From a virus (lineage: Duplodnaviria > Caudoviricetes), in IMG/VR virus record IMGVR_UViG_3300034175_000069: 64,000 bases of DNA. The stretch is one strand, 5' to 3'. Positions 1-9,700 of this stretch are shown in pieces; the stretch's first letter is position 1, and every line of letters begins with the position of its first letter. The notes under the pieces were generated by a model, which saw nothing but the letters and a program-made list of their open reading frames with translations, had not been told where the DNA came from and did not search any database. The position numbers and the translations under genes were made by a program.

Positions 1-129
1 TACCACGCGGTTCCGATTCTGGAGCCGTTCGTGACCATCGACGGCAACAAGCTCTGGTACCCCGGCGACACCTCCGCTCCCCCGCACGAGTGGATGCGCT
101 GCCGCTGCTGGCTGAAGCTGACCAGGTAG
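1..129 (+). CDS. 3' end of MuF-like (Mu gpF / SPP1 gp7) head morphogenesis protein, partial
   Basis: Frame 1 reads YHAVPILEPFVTIDGNKLWYPGDTSAPPHEWMRCRCWLKLTR*, matching the MuF C-terminal pattern pF.vgG..l.yPGD......iNCRC. Confidence 0.75.
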   Translation, partial: YHAVPILEPFVTIDGNKLWYPGDTSAPPHEWMRCRCWLKLTR

Positions 130-141
130 GGACACATCTGG

Positions 142-375
142 TTGACACGGACTGACAGACTGGCGATCGTGCCGCCCTCCCGTCGCTCTCAGCTGCTCAT
201 GTACTCCCGGCGTCTGCGCTACTGGCTCTGGCAGTTCAGCTGGTTCGGGATCTTCGCCGTGCTGTTCGGACTGCTGGCGGTCGGGCTGTCACTGCACGAA
301 GCACCCATCGGCCAGGTCGTGGCGGCGGGCTTCGCCGCCGTCACGCTGGCCATCCTTTCGACCAAGGAGACCTGA
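142..375 (+). CDS. small membrane protein
   Basis: Two hydrophobic segments; stop overlaps the next ATG; start uncertain (TTG 142 or ATG 199). Confidence 0.6.
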   Translation: MTRTDRLAIVPPSRRSQLLMYSRRLRYWLWQFSWFGIFAVLFGLLAVGLSLHEAPIGQVVAAGFAAVTLAILSTKET

Positions 376-689
376 TGACCCAGATCGAGTTCACCGAGTC
401 CGAGCCCACCGAGCCCGAGTTCGAGGTCCGCCGGGCGATGAAGAAGCCGGTGGAGATCCAGTCGGTCAAGGCCACCACCGACAACCTGCGCGAGATCGTG
501 GAGTGGATCGAGGGGAACAACCACGCCGCCGTCCTCGGTGAGGGCCAGCTGATCATCCAGACGCTGGAGGGCCCGTTCACCGTGCGCCCCGGCGACTACG
601 TCATGCGCGGCATCCGAGGGGAGTTCTACCGGTGCGACGCAGAGATCTACTCGGAGAGCTACGACGATCTGGGCCCGGCCGAGTCCTGA
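375..689 (+). CDS. conserved phage protein (KKPV..IQTLEG..PGDY..GEFY.C family)
   Basis: Motifs KKPVEI, IQTLEG, PGDYVMRGIRGEFYRC; RBS AAGGAG; TGATG overlap. Confidence 0.75.
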   Translation: MTQIEFTESEPTEPEFEVRRAMKKPVEIQSVKATTDNLREIVEWIEGNNHAAVLGEGQLIIQTLEGPFTVRPGDYVMRGIRGEFYRCDAEIYSESYDDLGPAES

Positions 690-1147
690 TGGCCGCCATC
701 TCTGACGTGTTCGCCGAGGCCCTGACCAAGGTGATCACCGACCGGCTGAGGCCCGAGCAGGCCAGCCGCCTGGCCGCTCTGGTGGCTGCGCGCGGTGCGC
801 GTCCGAACACCGATGCCTCGGACCAGATCCAGCTGGCGCACTTCATCCTCACGGGCAGCGGGGACATGCCTTCAATCGAGGAGCTTCAGCGTCTGGAGGC
901 CCTGGAGTTCTCCAGGCGAGGCACGGACGAGAGCTACACCGTCGAGCTGGGCGGCCAGCACTTCACGAAGGCCCAGTGGGAGGCCGTCCAGGTCTACGCC
1001 CAGGGCACGACCGCCGAGACAGCGCCGCTGGCCGAGGTGGCGATCGAGGAGCACCCCGACGATCCCGGTCCGGCGGCTCCGCCGGACTTCGATGCCGTCC
1101 CGCCCGCGCCCCGCGCCGGTGAGGGGTGGCAGGGTCACGCCCCGTGA
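689..1147 (+). CDS. hypothetical protein
   Basis: ATG overlaps upstream TGA; typical GC3 codon usage. Confidence 0.65.
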   Translation: MAAISDVFAEALTKVITDRLRPEQASRLAALVAARGARPNTDASDQIQLAHFILTGSGDMPSIEELQRLEALEFSRRGTDESYTVELGGQHFTKAQWEAVQVYAQGTTAETAPLAEVAIEEHPDDPGPAAPPDFDAVPPAPRAGEGWQGHAP

Positions 1148-1335
1148 GCCTGTTCCCCTTCCGGTGTTCGGCCTGCGGGACCGTCCACTACATCAACCGG
1201 GCGCTGGCCGTGGAGTGCCCGGTGGAGGCCTGCAAGGCCAAGGTCGGCCAGCCCTGCCGGGATCTCCGGACCAAGGAGGAGGCGGGGAAGACCCGGCTCC
1301 AGCCGCACCCCGAGCGAGAGGCGCTGCTGCCATGA
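1144..1335 (+). CDS. small Cys-rich zinc-binding protein
   Basis: CSAC, CPVEAC, PC...HPER; GTGA overlap start. Confidence 0.6.
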   Translation: MSLFPFRCSACGTVHYINRALAVECPVEACKAKVGQPCRDLRTKEEAGKTRLQPHPEREALLP

Positions 1336-1697
1336 CGTTCCGCCGCAAGGGTGGGGGTGTCCCCGCTGCAAGCGTGGGGGTCACCCCGCTGCAAGCACTG
1401 ACCCTCGGGCTGGCCACGGCCCGGTTGACACAGCTGGTGGTGGACGACGAGATCACCGAGCCGGGCCGGAAGGCCGTCCGCCGGGCCTACCAGGCTGCCG
1501 CACCCGGCTCCCAGCGAGAGACAGCGCTGGACTTGGCGGACACCGTGCTCAACTGCCACGCCTGCTCATCGGTCTGGGCCGGTGGCGCGGTCGTGACAGC
1601 CGAGCTGACCGGGGTGGGACGCTTCCTGGTGCGGGTGCTGGCGCTGAGCCAGGCTGCCCTGGCCGTGAAGGCCGTGATCGAGAGGATCGACCGATGA
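1332..1697 (+). CDS. DUF1360-like membrane protein
   Basis: LATARLTQLVVDDEIT...LNCHACSSVW pattern; ATGA overlap. Confidence 0.7.
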   Translation: MTFRRKGGGVPAASVGVTPLQALTLGLATARLTQLVVDDEITEPGRKAVRRAYQAAAPGSQRETALDLADTVLNCHACSSVWAGGAVVTAELTGVGRFLVRVLALSQAALAVKAVIERIDR

Positions 1698-2080
1698 CCG
1701 CCAGCATCACCCTGATCGCCGACATCTACCCGGCGTCGATCATCGACGGCCGGACCGGTGCCCGGCCCGAGGGCGTCCCGGCCAAGGCCAAGATCCGGGT
1801 CATCCTGGCCACCACCGAGATCAAGGTGGCCTGGGCCGCGCCGGGCGGCGGGGTCGAGAGCCTGACCATCCCGCTGACCTTCGAGGAGACGGCCGAGGCC
1901 GACCACAACGGCGGCACCGTCGGGACCTACGAGATCAAGCGCGCGGGCGGGTGTTCGTGCGACAAGATGCTGAAGCGCTGGAACCCCTACGCCGGGCAGC
2001 CGACAGCCCAGGTCGTTCGGTCCACGCCCAGCTCACGGACGGAGTCCTGGGGTCTGCCCCAGAAGTACAAGCGGCTCTGA
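1694..2080 (+). CDS. hypothetical protein
   Basis: ATGA overlap, coding-type codon usage. Confidence 0.65.
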   Translation: MTASITLIADIYPASIIDGRTGARPEGVPAKAKIRVILATTEIKVAWAAPGGGVESLTIPLTFEETAEADHNGGTVGTYEIKRAGGCSCDKMLKRWNPYAGQPTAQVVRSTPSSRTESWGLPQKYKRL

Positions 2081-2118
2081 GTCCAGGCCTTGTCAACCGC
2101 ACCCGGTGACTCTGCCGC

Positions 2119-2130
2119 TACGCTGCCGTC
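2119..2130 (+). promoter_or_regulatory. putative -10 (TACGCT) of a leaderless portal transcript
   Basis: TACGCT 2119-2124 then 6 nt then ATG 2131; no RBS; reverse TGTCAACC box at 2091-2098. Confidence 0.45.
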
Positions 2131-3777
2131 ATGGCTGGTGGGGTTCTCCGACGGAAGCGTGACGCCGCCCCCGAGGAGGGCCTGACCGCCGGAGCGCAGG
2201 TGGTCAAGCTCCCGGAGCGCCAGGCATCGGCTGCCCGGTACAGCAAGCCCCGGGCCATCGTCGCCTCCGCCGAGCGGGTGGACCTGGACACCGCCTGGCA
2301 GGAACGATCGCGGGCGTCCTACGCCGCCTGGCAGTCCGAGGCCTGGACCGGCTACGAGCGCGTGGGCGAGATCCACTACGGCTTCAACCTGGTCTCCAGC
2401 GTGCTGTCCCGGCTGCGGGTCTTCCCCGCAGCGCTGGTTGACACCGAGGAAGCCCCGATGGGGGCCCAGGACGCGGCCGAGAAGGGCCTGGTCAGCACGG
2501 ACCTGGCGCAGGACGCCGAGGAGATCATGCGGGAGATCTCCGGCCCGGCCTTCGCCGGTCTGGTCCGCAGCTTCGGCCTGAACATGAACGTCCCCGGCGA
2601 GTGCTACCTGATCCGCCTGGTGGGCGAGGACAAGGACAAGCGCAAGACGGTCCAGTGGAAGATCGTCTCCACCGACGAGCTGGTCGTGGACGCCACCGGC
2701 GCAGTGCTCCGCCCGATCCGGGGCGAGACGACGCAGCAGAAGGTGCTCCCGAAGAACACCTACATCGGCCGGATCTGGCGCTCCCACCCGCGCTACTCCG
2801 GTGAGCCCGACAGCTCCATGATCGGCGTCGCCGACGCGGTCGAGGAGCTGCTGATCCTCCAGCGCCTGGTGCGCTCTGCGACCCGCACGCGGCTGAACAA
2901 CGGCCTGCTGTTCCTGCCCGACGGCCTGCTGACCACGCGCATGGCGATGGCCCTGAACGGGCTGAACGAGGACGGCAGCCCGATCCCCGAGGATCAGCTG
3001 GCCGAGATGACCAACGATCCCGGCAACCAGCTGGTGGCCGACATCCTCCAGGCGATCGTCACGGCGGTCTCCGACGAGGGCGACGCCAGCGCGGTCGCGC
3101 CGATCATGGTCACCGGCGAGGGCGGCCTGGCCGAGCAGATCAAGCACATCACCTTCGAGCGCGGCTCCGACGAGTGGCTGGTCAGCCGCACCGAGCGCGC
3201 GCTGGAACGGATCCTCCAGGGCATCGACGTGCCCAAGGAGGTCGTCACCGGCCTGGCCAACGTCAAGTACTCCAACGCCCTGGTGATTGACGAGAACCTC
3301 TACAAGGCCAACATCGAGCCGCTGGCCCTGGTCCTCTCCGACGCCCTGACCGAGGTCTTCCTGCGGCCCATGTTGAGGGCCAAGGGGTATTCTGAGTCCG
3401 ATCTCAACAGGATCGTCGTCTGGTACGACCCGAGCGAGATCGTCACCCGCCCGAACCAGGCCCAGGACTCCAGCGATGGCTACGACCGCTTCGTGCTCGG
3501 CCCGGGTGCCTGGCGGCGGGAGCACGGCTTCAGCGACCAGGACGCCCCGAGCGAGGCCGAGATGGGCATGATGCTGCTGACCAGCGGCGCAGCCCTCCCG
3601 CCCGAGGTGCAGATGGCCCTGCTCCAGGCGATGCTGCCGAAGCTGCTGGGTGAGCAGCGTGAGAAGAACCTGGCGGAACAGCCGGTTCAGCAGCCCGACT
3701 CCGCCAGGAACATCCTGAGTCCAGCCCCCGAGTCCGTGAACGTCAGCGATGCAGCGACTGGAGTCAACGCCGCGTGA
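2131..3777 (+). CDS. portal protein
   Basis: 548 aa; WQSEAWTGYERVGEIHY, GECYL, RIWRSHPRYSGEPDS, WYDPSEIVTRPN, typical of actinophage cluster-B-like portals; position at the start of the head module. Confidence 0.85.
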   Translation: MAGGVLRRKRDAAPEEGLTAGAQVVKLPERQASAARYSKPRAIVASAERVDLDTAWQERSRASYAAWQSEAWTGYERVGEIHYGFNLVSSVLSRLRVFPAALVDTEEAPMGAQDAAEKGLVSTDLAQDAEEIMREISGPAFAGLVRSFGLNMNVPGECYLIRLVGEDKDKRKTVQWKIVSTDELVVDATGAVLRPIRGETTQQKVLPKNTYIGRIWRSHPRYSGEPDSSMIGVADAVEELLILQRLVRSATRTRLNNGLLFLPDGLLTTRMAMALNGLNEDGSPIPEDQLAEMTNDPGNQLVADILQAIVTAVSDEGDASAVAPIMVTGEGGLAEQIKHITFERGSDEWLVSRTERALERILQGIDVPKEVVTGLANVKYSNALVIDENLYKANIEPLALVLSDALTEVFLRPMLRAKGYSESDLNRIVVWYDPSEIVTRPNQAQDSSDGYDRFVLGPGAWRREHGFSDQDAPSEAEMGMMLLTSGAALPPEVQMALLQAMLPKLLGEQREKNLAEQPVQQPDSARNILSPAPESVNVSDAATGVNAA

Positions 3778-6700
3778 GCGACAGCCCGAAGTACACGACC
3801 GCGATCATCGCGGCGGTCCCGGCCAAGGCCGACCCCGTCAACGACGTGGTCATCGAGGACGCCCACGTCACGCTCCAGTTCCTGGGCGAGGCCGACAGCC
3901 TGTCGCCGGAGCAGATCAAGGACATCCAGGACGCCCTGGCCCTGATGGCCCCGAACCTCTACCCGTTCCCGGCGGACGTGGCCGGGACGGCCGAGCTGGG
4001 CCCGGACAAGGCCAAGGTGCTGCTGGTCCAGAGTGAGCCGCTGACCAAGCTGAAGGAGCTGCTGGGCACGGTCCCGGCGGTGTCAACCGCTGTCGCGGCG
4101 GCCGAGCAGTTCCCGAACTGGATCCCTCACCTGACCCTGGCCTACGGCGACGACGGCACGCAGGCCGACGGTGACGGCATCGAGCAGGTGACCATCGGCT
4201 CCCTGGAGCTGTGGCTGGCAGAGGAGCACCACGTGTACGAGCTGGCCAAGAGCGCACCCGGCCCGGTCGAGGAGGACAGCGAGGTCGCCAGCGTGATCGC
4301 GGCCGGACTCAAGAGCTTCGAAGAGGGCCTGCACCCGCGTGCGGCGGACGGCCGGTTCATCGACAAGTTCGGGGTGGTCAAGTACCTCTCGCCGAAGGGC
4401 GGCTGGGAGTACGGCAAGGTCGAGGGGATCAACAAGGACGAGGACAGCGGGGCCATCCAGGTCACGGTCACGCCCTCGGACCTGTCCGGGAAGATCACCG
4501 GCGCGGAGAGCAAGGTGCTCTCCCCGAAGCAGCTCTACCACGCACCGAAGGCCAAGGCGCACCTGACGATCGCGGCTCCCGGCTCCAAGAAGGTCGGCGG
4601 CCAGGGCGGGTCCAACCCCGGCGGGCTCTACACGATCCCAGTCGCCTTCCCGAAGGAGGGCAGCAACGGGCAGCCCGAGAAGTACTACGTCAAGCAGCCG
4701 AAGACCAAGTCCCACGGGGCCAACGAGGCGCTGGCCAACGACCTCTACGCCGAGGCCGGGGTGCCGGTCCCCGAGGTTGACATCGGCTCGGACGGCCAGA
4801 TCTACAGCAAGATCATCGAGGGCAAGCAGGACATGGCTGCCCAGCTGAACAACCCCGAGTGGACCGACCAGATCCAGCGGAACTTCGCCGTGGACGCCTG
4901 GCTCGGGAACCGCGACGTGTTCGGCATGACCTACGACAACGTCCTCACCGACGAGCACGGCACCGCCTGGCGCATCGACAACGGCGGGGCCCTGCTCTAC
5001 CGCGCGATGGGCGAGAAGAAGACCGACTTCGGCTCCCAGGTCACCGAGCTGGACGCCTTCCGTCAGGGCAAGAAGGCCAAGATCTTCGGCCCCTCGATGA
5101 CCAAGGCGCAGGAGCTGGATGGGGCCGAGCGCGTGGTGGCCATCTCGCCCTCGCGCATCGAGGAGATGGTGGCCGACGCCGGGCTGCCGAAGTCCCTGGC
5201 CGACACCCTGAAGGCCCGCCGCCAGTACATCGCCAACTACTACGGGCTGGAGCTGCCCGAGACCAAGAAGGCCGACGAGGCCCAGGAGGGCTCCAGCGCG
5301 CCGCTGGTGGACCCGGCCGACATCTCGGCGACCAAGGGCAAGGCCCGGGGCTGGTTCAAGACCACGCTGGCGCAGGCCGCCTTCGTGCTCCAGACCGGGG
5401 ACAAGGTCGAGTTCGGCGACGGCAAGCGGGTCGATCCGGGCGTGGACGACGACGGCAGCCCGCTGTCGATGATCGGCGCGGCGGCCCAGCTGCTGGGCTG
5501 GCAGAACGAGCACGGCGCGAACGCCGAGATCTTCGTCTACAAGGGCAAGGTCACCGCCGGGATCCCCCGGCCGAGCCACGGCCAGAAGCTGGCCACCGCC
5601 GACCTGGCCGACCAGCGCTGGCAGCGCGGCGACACGATCACCAGCCCGCTGGGCAACGACGCCAAGATCCTCGGCTGGAACTCCGACACCGGCGCGGTGC
5701 TGATCCAGTACCCCAACCAGCAGCCGCAGCTGCTGGACTCCAAGGGCACGAACGCCAACGCCGGGCCCTGGACGGTCAAGAGATGGGACCCACCGGCCCA
5801 GGAAGACCTGGACCTCTCGGCCCCTGAGTCGGCCACCCCGGAGGCTCAGGCCCCGGCTCCCGCGCCCACGCCGATGGTCGAGGACGTGCCCGCGCCGGAC
5901 ACCGTCCCGCCGACCGCTGAAGACCTCGGGATCGTCATCCCGACGCCGGGCAAGACGGGTCAGGCCGCTGAGGCTGAGACCGCGATCAAGGCCGACCTGG
6001 ACCAGCCCCTGCCCGCCGGTACCGGCGCTCCCGCTCCCGCCAAGACCTCCGCCAAGGGCGGGGCCAAGACGATGGTCCTGGGCGACGGCACCGAGGCCGC
6101 CCCGGGCGCTGAGGTGGTCAGCAAGAAGGACGGGAAGACCTACAAGTTCGTCAAGCCGAAGGGCCAGTACTCGGTCGTCACCGACCCGAACGGCGACGAC
6201 CCGGACAAGCTGCTGCTGAAGCTCGCGTCCACCATGACGCAGCCCGGCAAGGAGCCCACGGCCGACGCGGGCGCGATCGAGGCCCCGAAGACCGCTACCG
6301 GGGAGATCCCGGCGCTGGGCATGATGGCCGTCTCCAAGGACGGGCACGCCGGTGAGATCACGCTGATCTCCCCGGATGGCAAGTTCGTCTTCATCACCGA
6401 CGCGAACGGCGTCCGCAAGCGCAAGAGCACGGGCACGGTCACGATCACCTCCGCCCCGCAAGCGGTTGACACGACCCCGAAGGCCGCGCCCGGCCCGCTG
6501 AAGGACTACGGCGCGGCTCCCGACCTGAAGGCGGCCAAGGAGGCCTTCCCCGGGCTGGACTACGACCCGGCTGAGGATCTGGACGCCGGGGACATGGTCA
6601 TCGTCGGCTACGCCGATGGCAGCTTCGGCAAGGAGCCCTACACCGGCCAGCCGCTGGACAGCCTGCTCCAGAACACCGGGGGCAAGGTCGCCAACCACGG

Positions 6701-9700
6701 CACGGTGAAGGACTACACCGGCCCGATCTCCACCCAGCAGCTGGTCCAGGCGTCGGCGGTCAAGAACAACAGCACGACCTTCGAGGTCGTCTGGGGCGGC
6801 ACGATCGGCTTCACGGACGGCACGGTGGGCCCGAGCGGCGGGCTGGTCATCTGGGGTGTTGAGAACGGGATGCCGGACCCCGGCTACGCCTTTGAGCTGC
6901 CGAAGGAGGGGCAGAACGTCCACATCCTCGGCTCGGAGGAGAACTTCGCGCTGGCGCTGCCCGGCGGCACGGGCTTCCAGGCCAACGATGGCTGGACCGG
7001 CACCGCCTCTCCGGCTCCGCTGTACGGCGACGAGGCCAAGACCCCGGCCGAGTGGTCCGGCCAGATCTCCGTCGGCCAGGAGATCAGCCTGGACGGCCAG
7101 AACTGGCTGACGGTCACGAACGTCATGGCCTCCGACTCCCTCCAGGTGGAGGACAGCAACGGGGCGACGGCCTACCTGGCTTCCTCCTCCCCGGCCACCT
7201 ACGTGCTGAAGGCCCCGCCGATGAAGGACGCGGACGCGCCTTCCCCGGCCTTCGACCCGGCCAACGACACGACCCCGGACATCCCGGGTGCGGACGAGAC
7301 CACGACCACCGGGCCGCCGACCAAGAAGCCCAGTGAGCTGGTCAGCGGTGACGTGGTGGTGGCCTTCGACGGCACCTACGCGATCATCGAGCAAGCCGAG
7401 AAGGAGGACGGCTTCGGCGGCTGGAACCTCACGTCCCTGGGCACCTTCGAGACGGAGTGGGCACCCAGCTCGGCCGACCTGAAGTACCAGGGCAACATCA
7501 AGGCCGGGTCGGTGGATGTCCCGATCGGTGCCTTCGCCGGGCAGTTCTACCCGGGCGTGAACTTCCAGCCCGGTCCGGACCACGACATGACGGTGGTCTC
7601 CTACCCGTCCCTCCAGGACAACGGCAACCAGAAGTTCGCCGTGATGATCAACGGCGACCCCGAGAACCTGGCGATCGTGCAGGTCGGCCCGGGTGCCGGA
7701 GCGGACATCGGGCCGGACGCGGTGATGGGCGTCTACCTCGCGCCCTTCCAGACCTCGGCCGAGAGCGGCGTGGACACGGGCAAGGTCAACGACCTGTTCG
7801 ACGCCAGCGTGACGGTCGATCAGACCCCGCCGGACCACTACTGGGCGATGTCTGACCAGGGCATCGACTTCGGCAACGCGCAGTACCCGATCTACGCCAG
7901 CGGCAGTGGCGGCTACTACCGGATCGGCCCGAACGGCGGGCAGGTCTGGAACGCCGCGCAGCTGGAGTGGGAGTCCTCCAGCACGACCGTCACCGGCATG
8001 GACAAGGTCTGGGACGGCAAGCCTTTCGAGGGCAAGCTGAAGATCCCCGAGGGCACGAGCCTCTCGCTGTACGGCGCGGGCTCGGCGGACTACAAGCCTG
8101 ACGCGGGCGAGGCCGTCGCCCTCATCACGCTGCCCGGCACTTCCGGCGCGCTGATCGTCTCCCCGTCCGGCAGCTTCTCACCGGGGTCGAAGGTCTACAC
8201 GGTCAAGGGCGACGGCTCCGGGGTCTACTCCCCCGGCTACAACGTCGAGGACCTGGGCCCCGGCCAGATCACCGTCATCCACGACCCCTTCGGTCCGGTT
8301 GACACGGGTCCGGCGCTGGTCCACCACCAGGGCCCGCTGGCTCCGACCTTCCTGGCGAACAAGCTCAACGACTACGGCTACACCCCGGCCGACGGGGAGA
8401 CCTTCCTGATCGCGCAGATGCCCTCCGGGGGCATGTCGGTGCTGACCAAGCAGTCCGACGGCACCTACAAGAAGATCGGCTACTCCGGCCTGGGTCAGAA
8501 GACCTGGACGCTGGACGAGGTCATCGAGCAGGGCAACGACGTCGGGGCGGACTTCTACACCTGGACGCATGTCCCCGAGGGTGAGAACGGGCCGACCGTG
8601 GTTGCCGGGCTGCCCGGGGACTACGCGCCGTTCATCCCGGGCGAGGGCCAGGCGGTCCTGAAGTCCACGATGCCCAACGGCAAGGTGAGCATCTACCTCC
8701 AGCAGCAGCCCGGCGGCGGCTGGTACCTGATGTCCCCGGACGGGACGATTGACGAGTCCTCGGACGCGATCAAGAGCAACCACGTCGTCCAGATGAAGCT
8801 GTCGGGCAAGGGCTCCAGCAGCCAGAAGTACGAGCTGCTGCACCCGACCGAGGGCGGCACGAAGGCCACGCCGGACGCCCCGCCGACCTTCAGCAACCAG
8901 TCCACCTCGTTCACCCCGGCCCCGGGGCAGAAGGTCGTGCAGCTGCTCAGCTACGAGGGCGACGACGACCCTTGGTTCTTCGTGCAGAGCACGCCGGGTG
9001 GCGAGTGGGCTCCGGCCCCGACCAACCCCGAGGCCGGGGCTCCGCTGGGCGACTCCGGGATGCAGGCCTACCTGGCCAAGTCCCTGGCTGCTCAGCCGGG
9101 CGCTGCCGGGTCCAAGTACACGCTGGTCTACGACGGCACCGGCAGCGCGGCTGCTCCGGCGGTTGACACCGAGGACACCCCGACGCCGGACTTCGAGGGG
9201 TACATCCCGCAGACCGGCGACAAGGTCATCTCCTACGCGCCGAACGGCACGACGGACCCGTACTTCTACGTCCAGCAGGGCGGCGAGGGCCCGTACAAGA
9301 TGGCCGTCGGGGGCCAGCTCTCCAGCTCCACGGTGATGCAGGCCAGCGAGATCCCGACCAACCTGGGCCCGGAGTTCGGCAACGACTTCCACCAGGAGTG
9401 GCCGCTGCCCGAGACGACCCCGGCCGCTCCGGCCGGTGGTGGCGTCTTCGACGGCTACCAGAGCGACCCCGGCGACAACGTCGTCTCCTTCACCGGCCCC
9501 ACCGGCGGGACCACCACGGTGGTCAAGAAGGACGGCACCTGGCAGCCGATCGTCAACGGCCAGCTGGAGGCCGATGACGCCTACAGCCAGGACACGATGG
9601 AGTGGGCGGCCAGCCAGTCCGGCTACACCGTCAACGTCCTCCAGGGCTCGCTGAAGGGCGTCCCGGGCGAGGGTGCACCGCTGGACACCGGTGGGGAGCA

